A stretch of 64,000 bases of DNA. It comes from Candidatus Woesearchaeota archaeon. GTDB taxonomy: Archaea; Nanobdellota; Nanobdellia; Woesearchaeales; GW2011-AR15. The position numbers were made by a program, and so were the translations under genes. The stretch covers positions 201,711 to 265,710 of the forward strand of contig JAVZBY010000002.1 in the NCBI GenBank assembly GCA_038874655.1, read 5' to 3'. The notes below the pieces were generated by a model that saw only the letters and a list, made by a program, of their open reading frames with translations, was not told the DNA's origin and made no database searches. Positions 7,880-17,494 of this stretch are shown here, piece after piece; within the stretch, counting starts at the first letter, position 1, and each line of letters starts with the position of its first letter.

Positions 7880-10222
7880 ATGCAAATAGGCAAAATAGCA
7901 AAAAAATTAGCTGCCGTAAGCACTGGAGCATTAATGCTTGGTGCAACATTAACGGGAGCATTGGCTGCCTCATATAAATTGGCAGACTACCCAGCACCAT
8001 TCATAAAGAATGGCGTATTAGACAACACAGTTATAGTTGTCGGTAAAGCTGCAGCAACAGCAGATGTTGTTGGAGCAATTGATATAGCAGCAGCATTACA
8101 AGCAGAAGCTGTATCAAAAACTGCAGTAGAAGTAGGAGCAGTAGCACCAACAATTGATAATGGTGTAAAAATAGAAAGAAGCGGAAATAAGTTTAATTTT
8201 GACAATGATATCCAAGATGTTATGGATAAATTGACAAGAACAAACTTAGATTTACTAGAACAAGGAACCTTTAAAGACACAAAAGGTGATAATAGAGGTT
8301 CTCAAACATACAAACAAGAATTACAATTTTATGATGGATTTGGCACATTAATGTTAACACAGCCAAAAGACATGAAAGGTGGTGTTTACTTAGAAATGCC
8401 TAAAAAATCATCAACCTTTTACAGATACTCTTTGGACTTTGACACACCAAATAAATTGTCAACATCCAATACAGCAGATGACTTAAAAGGAAATTCTCTA
8501 GTTATACAAGGTAAAACTTATACAATCTCAGAAGTAAGTTTTGACAGTGCTAATAAAGTACAAAAAATGAAATTGCTTGCAGGAGACAGTTCAGTTTGGT
8601 TAACTCAAGACCAACCCTATACATTAGGAGAACATACTATAACTGTTGTTAGTGTTGAAGACAGTTCAAATCCAGCATGTGGCGTTAATGTAGATGGAGT
8701 CACAAAATGGATTGATCCAGGCACAACAGAAGAATTTAATGGTTTAAAAGTTGGTTTATTAAATGCAAAAGCAGTTAGATCAAAAGACTATGATAGAGAT
8801 GTATGTGAATTATCCTTAGGTTCAAGTGAAATTGTCTTAGAACAAGGAGAACCCGTAGAAGTAAATGGTTATGAAATAGATGGTTCATCAGTTTCTTTCC
8901 TAGGAAATGCATATGAATTTGATGGGTTTACAATTGATTTAAAAACAAACTACATGGATAAAAATATGTACTTGAAAGATGGACAAGCATGGACAGATCC
9001 TGTATTTGGTAACTGGAAAGTTGTTTATGCTGGTACAACTTCTAAAACAGAAACCATCAAAGTTGAATCATTAGGAGATAAAGCAGTATTAACCTTCTAT
9101 AATAGAGATGGTAAAAAAGTAGAAGTTCCATACTACTATGATGAAACAGCAGGAGCAGTATTCTTAGGTAATGATGAAGATGAAAGATTATTATTGCCAG
9201 GTGAATCACATACTTATACAGGAGACTATGATGTAGAAGGAACATTGTTCTTGTATTCAACTCCAGGTGGAGATGTACACTTATTACAAATGACAAGCTT
9301 AAAATGTGACTCTTCATCAAAGAATACAACAACAATTAAAGACTTAACATATGGAACAACAGTAGCAGAAAATGTTGAATTGGCAAATGACTGTAACAAT
9401 GTTGCAGAAACAATTGACATGGGCTCATTAGGACAATTAAAAGTAAATGTTACACCAAAATACATCTACTATGATCCAGCATATGGTTCAGGTAGCAGAT
9501 TTACAAAATATGAAGGTAACTTTACCTTTATGAACTCAACAACAGCAGTATTTACAGAAAAAGCAGGAGATGAATCTCAAGCAGGAGTATTAAGATATGA
9601 TTTAACTTATGACAATGATGACGATGAAATAAAGATAAATGTTCCAACATCTTTAACTTGGGTAAACAATGACCAAGGGGACAGTGATACAAGATGGGCA
9701 TTATTGGGAACAAGTGGACAAAGAAAAGGAAGTATTGTTAAATATGACAACAAGAACAAATTATCATTAGAAATAACCTACCCAGAAGACGATGTCTACG
9801 CAAATGTCTTTGTAGCTCCAGTTGATGCAGAACCAGTTGGAGGTTCAGCAGGTGGAGTAACAGCTGAAAAAGTCAATCCATTCAGTGTTGGATTAGCAGT
9901 ATTAGACACAGATGCAGCAAGCATGACCAAAAACATGATTGTTGTTGGTGGTCCATGTGCAAACACAGTTGCAGCTGAATTATTAGGCAATCCAACAAAC
10001 TGTGGAGAAGGCTTTGAACCTGGAAAAGCAATGTTGAAATTCTTTGACAGAAAAGGAAAAGCAGCATTACTTGTAGCAGGTTATGAAGCTGAAGAAACAT
10101 TAAACGCAGCTTATGTCTTAGCACAACATAACACAAAATACAAAGCAGACTTCGCTAAATTAAATGACGAAGTTGAGCTAGTTGTTGCAGACATGAGCAA
10201 AGTTGTGTTCAACACAGCTTAA
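7880..10222 (+). CDS. S-layer protein (Methanococcales-type N- and C-terminal domains)
   Basis: Signal peptide KIAKKLAAVSTGALMLGATLTGALA; LADYPAPF...IVVGKAAATADVVGAIDIAAAL; C-terminal MIVVGGPCANTVAAEL...LLVAGYEAEET; codon usage visibly less AT-skewed, as for a highly expressed gene. Confidence 0.9.
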   Translation: MQIGKIAKKLAAVSTGALMLGATLTGALAASYKLADYPAPFIKNGVLDNTVIVVGKAAATADVVGAIDIAAALQAEAVSKTAVEVGAVAPTIDNGVKIERSGNKFNFDNDIQDVMDKLTRTNLDLLEQGTFKDTKGDNRGSQTYKQELQFYDGFGTLMLTQPKDMKGGVYLEMPKKSSTFYRYSLDFDTPNKLSTSNTADDLKGNSLVIQGKTYTISEVSFDSANKVQKMKLLAGDSSVWLTQDQPYTLGEHTITVVSVEDSSNPACGVNVDGVTKWIDPGTTEEFNGLKVGLLNAKAVRSKDYDRDVCELSLGSSEIVLEQGEPVEVNGYEIDGSSVSFLGNAYEFDGFTIDLKTNYMDKNMYLKDGQAWTDPVFGNWKVVYAGTTSKTETIKVESLGDKAVLTFYNRDGKKVEVPYYYDETAGAVFLGNDEDERLLLPGESHTYTGDYDVEGTLFLYSTPGGDVHLLQMTSLKCDSSSKNTTTIKDLTYGTTVAENVELANDCNNVAETIDMGSLGQLKVNVTPKYIYYDPAYGSGSRFTKYEGNFTFMNSTTAVFTEKAGDESQAGVLRYDLTYDNDDDEIKINVPTSLTWVNNDQGDSDTRWALLGTSGQRKGSIVKYDNKNKLSLEITYPEDDVYANVFVAPVDAEPVGGSAGGVTAEKVNPFSVGLAVLDTDAASMTKNMIVVGGPCANTVAAELLGNPTNCGEGFEPGKAMLKFFDRKGKAALLVAGYEAEETLNAAYVLAQHNTKYKADFAKLNDEVELVVADMSKVVFNTA

Positions 10223-10234
10223 ATAAAATAAAAC

Positions 10235-10259
10235 TTTTTTCTTTTTTTTTTATTTTTTT
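10235..10259 (+). terminator. Oligo-T terminator after the S-layer gene
   Basis: Near-continuous T tract starting 12 nt after the stop codon. Confidence 0.6.
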
Positions 10260-10455
10260 AACAAATTCTAAATTATTACCTTGTTAATTCTTTAAACCTT
10301 TTTAGTAATGCACTTATTTTGATTAGTTTTAATTAAAAATATAATTAGATTTAATTAAAGAATTGATATACTTTTTTATTAACTATACTTCCTATTTTTT
10401 AGAAATATATGAATTATAATGTATATTTTAGAAAAAATAATCCTTAAAATGATTT

Positions 10456-11688
10456 TTATAATAATGGCACACCAACAAAAACATTATCTTTATCTCTGAT
10501 TAATTTAACTTTTATTTTTCCATTTGTTTTAGAACAATTAATTACGCTAATGACTCTGTTTTTAGAAACAGCAATAACAGAATTTTTTAACCTATCTTTT
10601 GCCTTTAATTCCACTTCAATAATATCATTTTTTTTAAATGGCTTTTTTAAAGTTTCATCAGGAACAATTGTTAAATCAGATGTAATTTTAGTTAAATTAA
10701 CATTAATATTGTATTTTTCATTAATTCTTTTTTCTAATTCATTTAATCTTTCATAAAAAACTTTAAAAGGAATCGCATTAACAGGTTTTTTTCCAAAATC
10801 ATACTCTAAAAAATTTTGTATTCCTATATCAGCATTAATTTTTTTAGCAAACAAAACAATTTGTTCTATATCTTCATCATTAATTCCAGGTAACCAAACA
10901 GGAACAATTAAACAATGCGCTTTTTTTGCAACAAATTCAGCAACTTCCATGACTTTTTCAACAGGATAAACAGAATTAGCTAAAAAAGAGGCTTTTTCTC
11001 TATTTAAGCTATGTATAGAAAAATGAAAATGACTTAATCCTGCATTTATTAATCTTTCAGCTCTATCTTTTGTAATTAAAATGCCATTACTAACCATTGA
11101 AATTGCTTTAACTTGTTTATTCTCTCTTATTCTTTTTACTAAATATTCTAAATCACCATATAAACTAGGATCTCCTTGACTTCCAATATGTATAATAACA
11201 GGATTTTTTTTAATATCAATAACTTTATTTAATTCTTCAATTAAATAATCTGCTTCAACAATAATATCAGAATTTCTTTTTGTATGATCTACAGAACAAA
11301 AAATACAATCAATATTACAAGTAGTTAATGGTTTAATTTCAATAGCATTAGTTTTTCTATCAATAATACCAAACTCATTTGAACCAATTAGAGGAATTCC
11401 AGAATTCTTATGCACATATAAAGCAGGTTTATTATTCAATGAACATTTTAATTCACTAAACCCTTTATCCAATAAAAAATTAAACTTTTGTAAAACATTT
11501 GATTCTTTTTTTTCACTTCTAAAAACAAGAGAGTTATTATTATTTTTATCAATTTCAAAATTTCCAATTTCTAATAAATCCTTTTTATTCAAATAAAAAT
11601 AATAAATATTCATAAAAATAACTCTAATCTTTTCATTTTTATCATTAGTTTCAGAAAACCTCAAATTTTCAAAACTTAATTTTACCAT
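10456..11688 (-). CDS. Radical SAM protein (archaeal COG2100-like) with C-terminal beta-rich TRAM-like region
   Basis: CNIDCIFC (CxxxCxxC) within PLIGSNEFGIIDRKTNAIEIKP...SVD; GDPSLY; VPVWLPGIND. Confidence 0.85.
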   Translation of the reverse strand: MVKLSFENLRFSETNDKNEKIRVIFMNIYYFYLNKKDLLEIGNFEIDKNNNNSLVFRSEKKESNVLQKFNFLLDKGFSELKCSLNNKPALYVHKNSGIPLIGSNEFGIIDRKTNAIEIKPLTTCNIDCIFCSVDHTKRNSDIIVEADYLIEELNKVIDIKKNPVIIHIGSQGDPSLYGDLEYLVKRIRENKQVKAISMVSNGILITKDRAERLINAGLSHFHFSIHSLNREKASFLANSVYPVEKVMEVAEFVAKKAHCLIVPVWLPGINDEDIEQIVLFAKKINADIGIQNFLEYDFGKKPVNAIPFKVFYERLNELEKRINEKYNINVNLTKITSDLTIVPDETLKKPFKKNDIIEVELKAKDRLKNSVIAVSKNRVISVINCSKTNGKIKVKLIRDKDNVFVGVPLL

Positions 11689-11690
11689 TT

Positions 11691-13805
11691 TTAGCTTATA
11701 CTTTTTTCTTCTTGTACATTAGTTATATGCTTAATTTTCTTTAAAATATCTATAGTCTTTATAAGTTCTTCATTACTTTCTGCTTTTATTTTTAAAGATA
11801 TTAAAATTGTTTTTTTATGTGGTTTTAAATTAATAGACAGAACATTAATCTTAAAATTACTTAACTGATTTAAAATATCCTCAACAATTCCTAATTTATC
11901 TTCAACATAAACATTGATTGTTTTAATCTGTTCTTTTGGCACATTCCAACAGACATTTACTTTTTTAGTTTTATCTAACGCGTGTATATTTGGACATTTC
12001 TCTTTATGCACTGAAATTGTACCATCTTTCATTCTATAAGCAACAATGGCATCATTAAACTGAGGATTACAGCATTTAGATAACTTTAATTGTCCCTTTT
12101 CCTCACAATATATATATTTTGCCAAATTAATTTTATCTTGCTCTTCTCTTAATTGTTTAGGATCTCGCTCTATTTCAATTCCCAATGCACTTCTAATCTT
12201 TTGTTTAGCTTTATTTGTCACAACAAAACTGAGCCAATTTCTTGATGGTTTTGCGTTTGGATTAGTAATAATATAAACAACATCCCCGCTTTTTAATTTA
12301 TAATCCAATGGAACCAATTTCTTATTAACTTGTGCTTTTGAACAAGTTTCTCCTATTTTTGAATGAACTTCAAAAGCAAAATCAACAGGAGTGGCATTTT
12401 CAGGTAAAATTATAGGATCTCCTTTAGGTGTAAAAACAACAATCTCATTCTCAAACAAATCAACCTTTAAAGAATCTAAAAATTCACTAGGAGCATTCTT
12501 TTTCCATTCTAAAACTTGTTCAAGCCAAGCAATTCTTTTATCAAAAGCTTTATCTCTCTCAGTTCCTTTATAACGCCAGTGTGCAGCAACCCCATATTTA
12601 GCTACTTGATGCATTTCTAGAGTTCTTATTTGAACTTCACAAATAGTATTAAAAGGAGTTACAACATCAGTGTGTAATGATTGATAACCATTTGACTTTG
12701 GAACTGCAATATAATCTTTAAATCTACCTGGAATTGGTTTCCATAATTGATGTATCTCAGCTAAAACCCTATAACAATCTGGTATAGTTTTAACAATAAT
12801 TCTGACAGCAATTAAATCATAAATCTCTTCAAAGCTTCTTTTTTCTAATATCATCTTCCTATAAATGCTATAAAAATACTTTGCTCTACCACTAACTTCT
12901 AAAAACTCAATATTAGATTCATTTAATTTCTTTTTAATCATATCCATAATAAGCTTTGCTTTTTTTTCTCTTTCAGCTCTTTTTTCATTAACTTTATTTT
13001 TTATATATTGATAAATATCTGGTTTTAAATACCTCAGAGATAAATCTTCCAATTCACCTTTCAAATTATACAATCCTAATTTATGAGCAATTGGAGCATA
13101 AATCTCTAGAGTTTCTTTAGCAATTCTTTGCTGTTTATCTTCTCTTAAATATTTCAATGTTCTCATATTGCTTAATCTGTCAGCCAATTTAATTAAAATA
13201 ACTCTAAAATCTTTTATAGTAGCTAAAAGAAGTTTTCTCCAATTTTCAGCTGTATAATCCTCTGGACTTTCAAAACTAGCTTTGTTTGTTTTTGTTTCTC
13301 CTTCAACTAAAGAAGCAACTTCTTCGCCAAACTCTTTTTTTATATCCTCTAAATTATATTCTGTTTCTTCAACAATGTCATGAAGCAAAGCAGCACATAT
13401 AGTAGCAGTATCAGGCTTATACTCTAAAAGAATTTTAGCAACAGAAACAGGATGCTCGAAATAATCTTTTCCAGATTCTCTTTTTTGTCCTTGATGGGCT
13501 TTTCTTGCAAAATTATATGCTTTTTCAATGAGCTTTAAATCTGCTTTTTTATCATAAGAAGCAACCTCATTTAAAATAAACTTTAATTCTTTATCAAAAT
13601 CCATAGGGATATCCTTTCTTTCAATTTCATCTAAAATTAAATCAACTTCATCTTTTTCTTTTAATAGATTATCATTCTCATTATTATTTTGGCTATTATT
13701 TAAACTATTATTTTCCTTATTTAATTCAGATTTATTAATTTCTTTTATCTCATCTATGTTATTACTTATACTTTTATTTAAATCATTGTTCATATAAATA
13801 GGCAT
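11691..13805 (-). CDS. rel: Long RelA/SpoT homologue, bifunctional (p)ppGpp synthetase/hydrolase-type
   Basis: HD domain (AHQGQKRESG, ALLHDIVEE, KLADRLSNMRTL), synthetase (RFKDYI, NGYQSLH, EVQIRT, GVAAHWRYK), TGS (FTPKGD...ATPVDFAFEVHS), zinc finger (SKCCNP...VHKEKC), C-terminal ACT. Confidence 0.95.
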   Translation of the reverse strand: MPIYMNNDLNKSISNNIDEIKEINKSELNKENNSLNNSQNNNENDNLLKEKDEVDLILDEIERKDIPMDFDKELKFILNEVASYDKKADLKLIEKAYNFARKAHQGQKRESGKDYFEHPVSVAKILLEYKPDTATICAALLHDIVEETEYNLEDIKKEFGEEVASLVEGETKTNKASFESPEDYTAENWRKLLLATIKDFRVILIKLADRLSNMRTLKYLREDKQQRIAKETLEIYAPIAHKLGLYNLKGELEDLSLRYLKPDIYQYIKNKVNEKRAEREKKAKLIMDMIKKKLNESNIEFLEVSGRAKYFYSIYRKMILEKRSFEEIYDLIAVRIIVKTIPDCYRVLAEIHQLWKPIPGRFKDYIAVPKSNGYQSLHTDVVTPFNTICEVQIRTLEMHQVAKYGVAAHWRYKGTERDKAFDKRIAWLEQVLEWKKNAPSEFLDSLKVDLFENEIVVFTPKGDPIILPENATPVDFAFEVHSKIGETCSKAQVNKKLVPLDYKLKSGDVVYIITNPNAKPSRNWLSFVVTNKAKQKIRSALGIEIERDPKQLREEQDKINLAKYIYCEEKGQLKLSKCCNPQFNDAIVAYRMKDGTISVHKEKCPNIHALDKTKKVNVCWNVPKEQIKTINVYVEDKLGIVEDILNQLSNFKINVLSINLKPHKKTILISLKIKAESNEELIKTIDILKKIKHITNVQEEKSIS

Positions 13806-13943
13806 AATTTAAGAATATTAAAACTTTTGCTATCTTACTTAAAAAAGCAGAATATTGCTAAAATTAAAAATAATAATTAAATAACTAATTAATTTATAAA
13901 TAATTAAAAAATTATTTAAACCAAACAATCCTTTATTAATATA

Positions 13944-15242
13944 ATGCCCATTCATAAATTAAAAAACAAACCAAAAAAACAGAAATCAAAAAAGTTATAT
14001 AATTTTAAAAATAAAACTATTAAAAATAGTAAAAAAAGAGCAGTTTCTCAACTAGATTGGGTAATGAGTTTAGCATTATTTTTATTATATCTAGCATGGT
14101 TTTTTTCATTTATTTTACCAAATCTAAATTTTCAAAAAAACAAAAATACAAATCTTTACATACTAAAAGAAAATTTTATTACAGATTTTTCTTATATAAC
14201 AACAAAAACACCTCTATTTATTATATCAAATAAAACTTTTAATAACAAACCAATAATAATAGATTTCCCTTATTCATATAACCTTTTTTCAGAAGAAGAT
14301 ATTATATTTTATGAAAACAAGCTTTTGCTTTTAACAAATATCACACAAAAAAAGATTATAAATTTTTATGAGAATCTTAACATATCAAAAAATAATAACT
14401 TCTATAATATACAAAGTGATGAAGAAAAAACATCTGTTAATAATATGGTAGTATATTTTTCTAATAGCTTACCTAAAAAAATAATATATAAACAAAATTC
14501 TAAAATCTTAGATATAAATTACAAAATAAATAGTATCTCTTTTAACCCAAGCAATTTCTCACATGAAAAAGATCTTTTTTTATCTTCTTATAAAGCAAAA
14601 ACAGGTAATATAAATTTTTCAACACTTATATTTTCAGATAATCATGAAATTTACTTTTTAATCACCAATCCTGAAACAGAAAAATATGAATTAGAATTAG
14701 ACTTGGATTTAGATAATTATGCATCATACTACTCAGATAATCTTCATTTTGGAAACTTTTCTTATTCATCAGAGAAGCAATATATTAGATTTTTTAGTGA
14801 TAAAATTACTTTATATAATAATAATGATAAACTAACCTTATTTATAGAAAATTCACAATTTAATATCACAAACTTTAACGATACTTTAAAAATTAACATA
14901 AAAACAGAAATAAATAATAGTTTATTTAAAATTTCTTTTGATTCTGATCCTTTTAATCCATTAGATATTAATAAAAAAGATTATGATTATTCTTTTGGAA
15001 TTAAAGAAATAGAATCTTTCATATTATTAGACAAAAATGAAAATTCAAATTATACATTTTATAAAAATAAAATTGATTTTGATTTTTATATTTCCATTTA
15101 TAATGAAACAAACTCAGAAATTTTCTATGAACTAGGAATCAATAATCCAAAAAAAAGACAAGTTTATGCAGAAACAGAGTCATACATGGCTTTAAAAGAA
15201 AACAACATCTTCCCTGTCTTAGTAAATTTTAGGATATGGTAA
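13944..15242 (+). CDS. Membrane-anchored surface protein with class III (prepilin-like) signal
   Basis: Basic leader ending KKRA followed by VSQLDWVMSLALFLLYLAWFF; many N-x-S/T sequons downstream. Confidence 0.6.
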   Translation: MPIHKLKNKPKKQKSKKLYNFKNKTIKNSKKRAVSQLDWVMSLALFLLYLAWFFSFILPNLNFQKNKNTNLYILKENFITDFSYITTKTPLFIISNKTFNNKPIIIDFPYSYNLFSEEDIIFYENKLLLLTNITQKKIINFYENLNISKNNNFYNIQSDEEKTSVNNMVVYFSNSLPKKIIYKQNSKILDINYKINSISFNPSNFSHEKDLFLSSYKAKTGNINFSTLIFSDNHEIYFLITNPETEKYELELDLDLDNYASYYSDNLHFGNFSYSSEKQYIRFFSDKITLYNNNDKLTLFIENSQFNITNFNDTLKINIKTEINNSLFKISFDSDPFNPLDINKKDYDYSFGIKEIESFILLDKNENSNYTFYKNKIDFDFYISIYNETNSEIFYELGINNPKKRQVYAETESYMALKENNIFPVLVNFRIW

Positions 15243-15281
15243 TTATAATATAACTAATATAAAAAAATAAAAACTAAAAAA

Positions 15282-15662
15282 ATGAGAAAACAAAAAAAAG
15301 CACAAGAAAATATCTCAAATAAAAAAGCATTCATAAAAACAGTTGAAATATTATTAGTTATAATAATTACAACTATTCTATCTATCTCTTTAATTCAAAG
15401 ACAAGAAAGGATTTCATCATATGATTTAGATAAAAACTATTTAATAAATATTGAAAAAAACAAAGAATTCAGACAATTTGTTATTGAAAATAATGGTTGT
15501 TATGCAAGCAAAAATCTTTCCTTTATAACAAAACCAAATATTTTAATTTGTATTGATACAATAAATAATGACTTTAATGCACAATACTTAGAAACAATAT
15601 TTTTTACAGGTAATGAAACAACAATTTCATACAAAAGAATTTATCTTTATTCATTAAAATAA
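15282..15662 (+). CDS. Small archaeal pilin-like protein
   Basis: NKKA|FIKTVEILLVIIITTILSISLI: basic leader, small residue at the cleavage site, Glu near +5/+6, hydrophobic helix. Confidence 0.6.
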   Translation: MRKQKKAQENISNKKAFIKTVEILLVIIITTILSISLIQRQERISSYDLDKNYLINIEKNKEFRQFVIENNGCYASKNLSFITKPNILICIDTINNDFNAQYLETIFFTGNETTISYKRIYLYSLK

Positions 15663-15806
15663 TAAGTTAGAAAAAAATAAAAAAATTATAGTAAATAAAA
15701 TATATGCTATTAATCAAAAAATTAATAAATTGCATTTTATTTAATTTATTAAAATATTAATTTCCTTTTATAAAATTAATTAGTTATAATATAAAAAAGA
15801 GGTAAA

Positions 15807-17066
15807 ATGCTTCCTATTGAAACCTTTGAATTATTGTATAAATTTTTTTTATCAATTGCCTTAGGTGCTTTAATAGGTGCTGAAAGAGAAAAAAGTCATC
15901 AACAGCACTTAGGAACTGATTTCGCAGGAATAAGAACATTTATGTTAATAACTTTTTTAGGCACATTATCAGCATATCTCTCTAATCTTTATTATGATTG
16001 GCTTTTGGCAGTTATCTTTTTTTGTTTTGTAATTGCGGTTTTAGCTGGATATATATTAAGCTCATATTTTAATAAAGAAGTTGGGATGACTACAGAATTA
16101 TCAACATTAATAGCATTTATTATTGGTGTTTTAGTTTATTCTATTACAGAAATTATTCCTATCATTTTAGCTATAAGTTTAACTTTAATATTATCTTTTA
16201 AAAATTATTTACATAGATTTGTTTATAATTTAAAGTCAAATGAATTCTTTGATACACTAAAATTTTTAGTAATTGCATTTGTAATACTACCTTTATTAAG
16301 AAACATAGAACCATTTGGTCCTTATAATTCTATTGATCTTTATGAGATATGGATTATGGTTGTTTTTGTTTCTGGGTTAAGCTTTTTTGCGTATGTTTTA
16401 GTTAAAACATTTGGTTCTAACAAAGGAACATTTATAACAGGAATGTTAGGAGGCATATTATCTAGTACAGCAGTTGTTTCAACATTAGCAGAAAAATCTA
16501 AAGAAACAGAAAATTCATATCCTCTAGTTGCTGCTGCAGCTGTTGCATGCTCAGCAATGTTTATTAGAGTTTTAATAGAAGTTTCAATATTAAACTTTTC
16601 TATATTTGAAAAATTAGCATTTCCTATGATAACATTATCCTTTATTGGTTTTATAAGTTCATCTTATCTATGGAAAAAACAAAAAACATATCAAGAAACC
16701 TCTATAAATTTTACCTCCCCTTTAATGTTAAAACCAGCATTAAAATTTGGCCTTTTTTATGCAATTGTTTTAATTGCAGCCACAATATTAAAAGAAATCT
16801 TTGGCTCACATGGAATTTTAATAGCTTCTTTATTTAGTGGTATTGTAGATTCAGATACAATTGCAATCTTTATCTCAAGGCATCCAGACATAATAAATAA
16901 TTTAGCGATTGCTGCTATTGTATTAGCTTCTTCTATTAATACAATCACAAAAGTAATTATTGCAAAATCCTTTGGTTCAAAAGAATTCGGTAATAAATTC
17001 TTTGGTTTAATGTTTCCAGTTATAATTGTTGGATTTGCTTTTGTTTTCTTTTTGATGAATTTTTAA
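15807..17066 (+). CDS. MgtC/SapB-family membrane protein with DUF4010 domain
   Basis: LGALIGAERE...AGIRTF, GMTTE, VILPLL, GGILSSTAV, PALKFG. Confidence 0.85.
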   Translation: MLPIETFELLYKFFLSIALGALIGAEREKSHQQHLGTDFAGIRTFMLITFLGTLSAYLSNLYYDWLLAVIFFCFVIAVLAGYILSSYFNKEVGMTTELSTLIAFIIGVLVYSITEIIPIILAISLTLILSFKNYLHRFVYNLKSNEFFDTLKFLVIAFVILPLLRNIEPFGPYNSIDLYEIWIMVVFVSGLSFFAYVLVKTFGSNKGTFITGMLGGILSSTAVVSTLAEKSKETENSYPLVAAAAVACSAMFIRVLIEVSILNFSIFEKLAFPMITLSFIGFISSSYLWKKQKTYQETSINFTSPLMLKPALKFGLFYAIVLIAATILKEIFGSHGILIASLFSGIVDSDTIAIFISRHPDIINNLAIAAIVLASSINTITKVIIAKSFGSKEFGNKFFGLMFPVIIVGFAFVFFLMNF

Positions 17067-17123
17067 ATTTCTTTCTTTAAGTAATCTTATCAAAACAACA
17101 TTTATTTTTAAGATACCTCTAAG

Positions 17124-17147
17124 AAAAAAGCGCCGCGGGTGAGATTT
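17124..17147. repeat. 24-bp direct repeat of the tRNA-Ser 3' end (other copy 17292-17315)
   Basis: AAAAAAGCGCCGCGGGTGAGATTT is present identically at both positions. Confidence 0.9.
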
Positions 17148-17298
17148 AGGAACCAATCCTTTTTACAAAAGCATTGATGGAAAATACTTTTTACTCTGTA
17201 GAAAGGTTTTGCTTTGTAAAATAACAACTTTGCAAAACAATAACACCTTAAAAGAAAATAAAACAGAAAGATAAAAAGCAAAAGAAAAATAAAAAAAG

Positions 17299-17424
17299 CG
17301 CCGCGGGTGAGATTTGAACTCACGTATCCTTACGGACAGCGGATTTTTGTAGGCTATTTATGGAAATCTTAAAGACAAATGTCCTTAGCAATCCACCGCA
17401 ATAGCCGGACTATGCGACCGCGGC
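17299..17424 (-). tRNA. tRNA-Ser(GCU) with 41-nt intron at 37/38 (intron 17345-17385)
   Basis: Acceptor GCCGCGG/CCGCGGC, discriminator G, anticodon arm GTGGA-TTGCTA[intron]A-TCCGC, long variable arm, T arm GTGAG-TTCAAAT-CTCAC; CCA not encoded. Confidence 0.9.
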
Positions 17425-17494
17425 ATAAATACGCAAATAGTATAATTTTATATAGAAAAATAAAACCTTTTTAAATATTTTCTTGATAATTACT

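Noticed and set aside
7880-10222. Higher GC of the S-layer gene as a sign of horizontal transfer
   Set aside because: Better explained by Ala/Gly/Thr/Asp-rich composition and high-expression codon bias.
17108-17323. 71-aa ORF with repeated NLTRGAFF
   Set aside because: The repeat is the duplicated tRNA 3' end and the ORF starts inside the tRNA.
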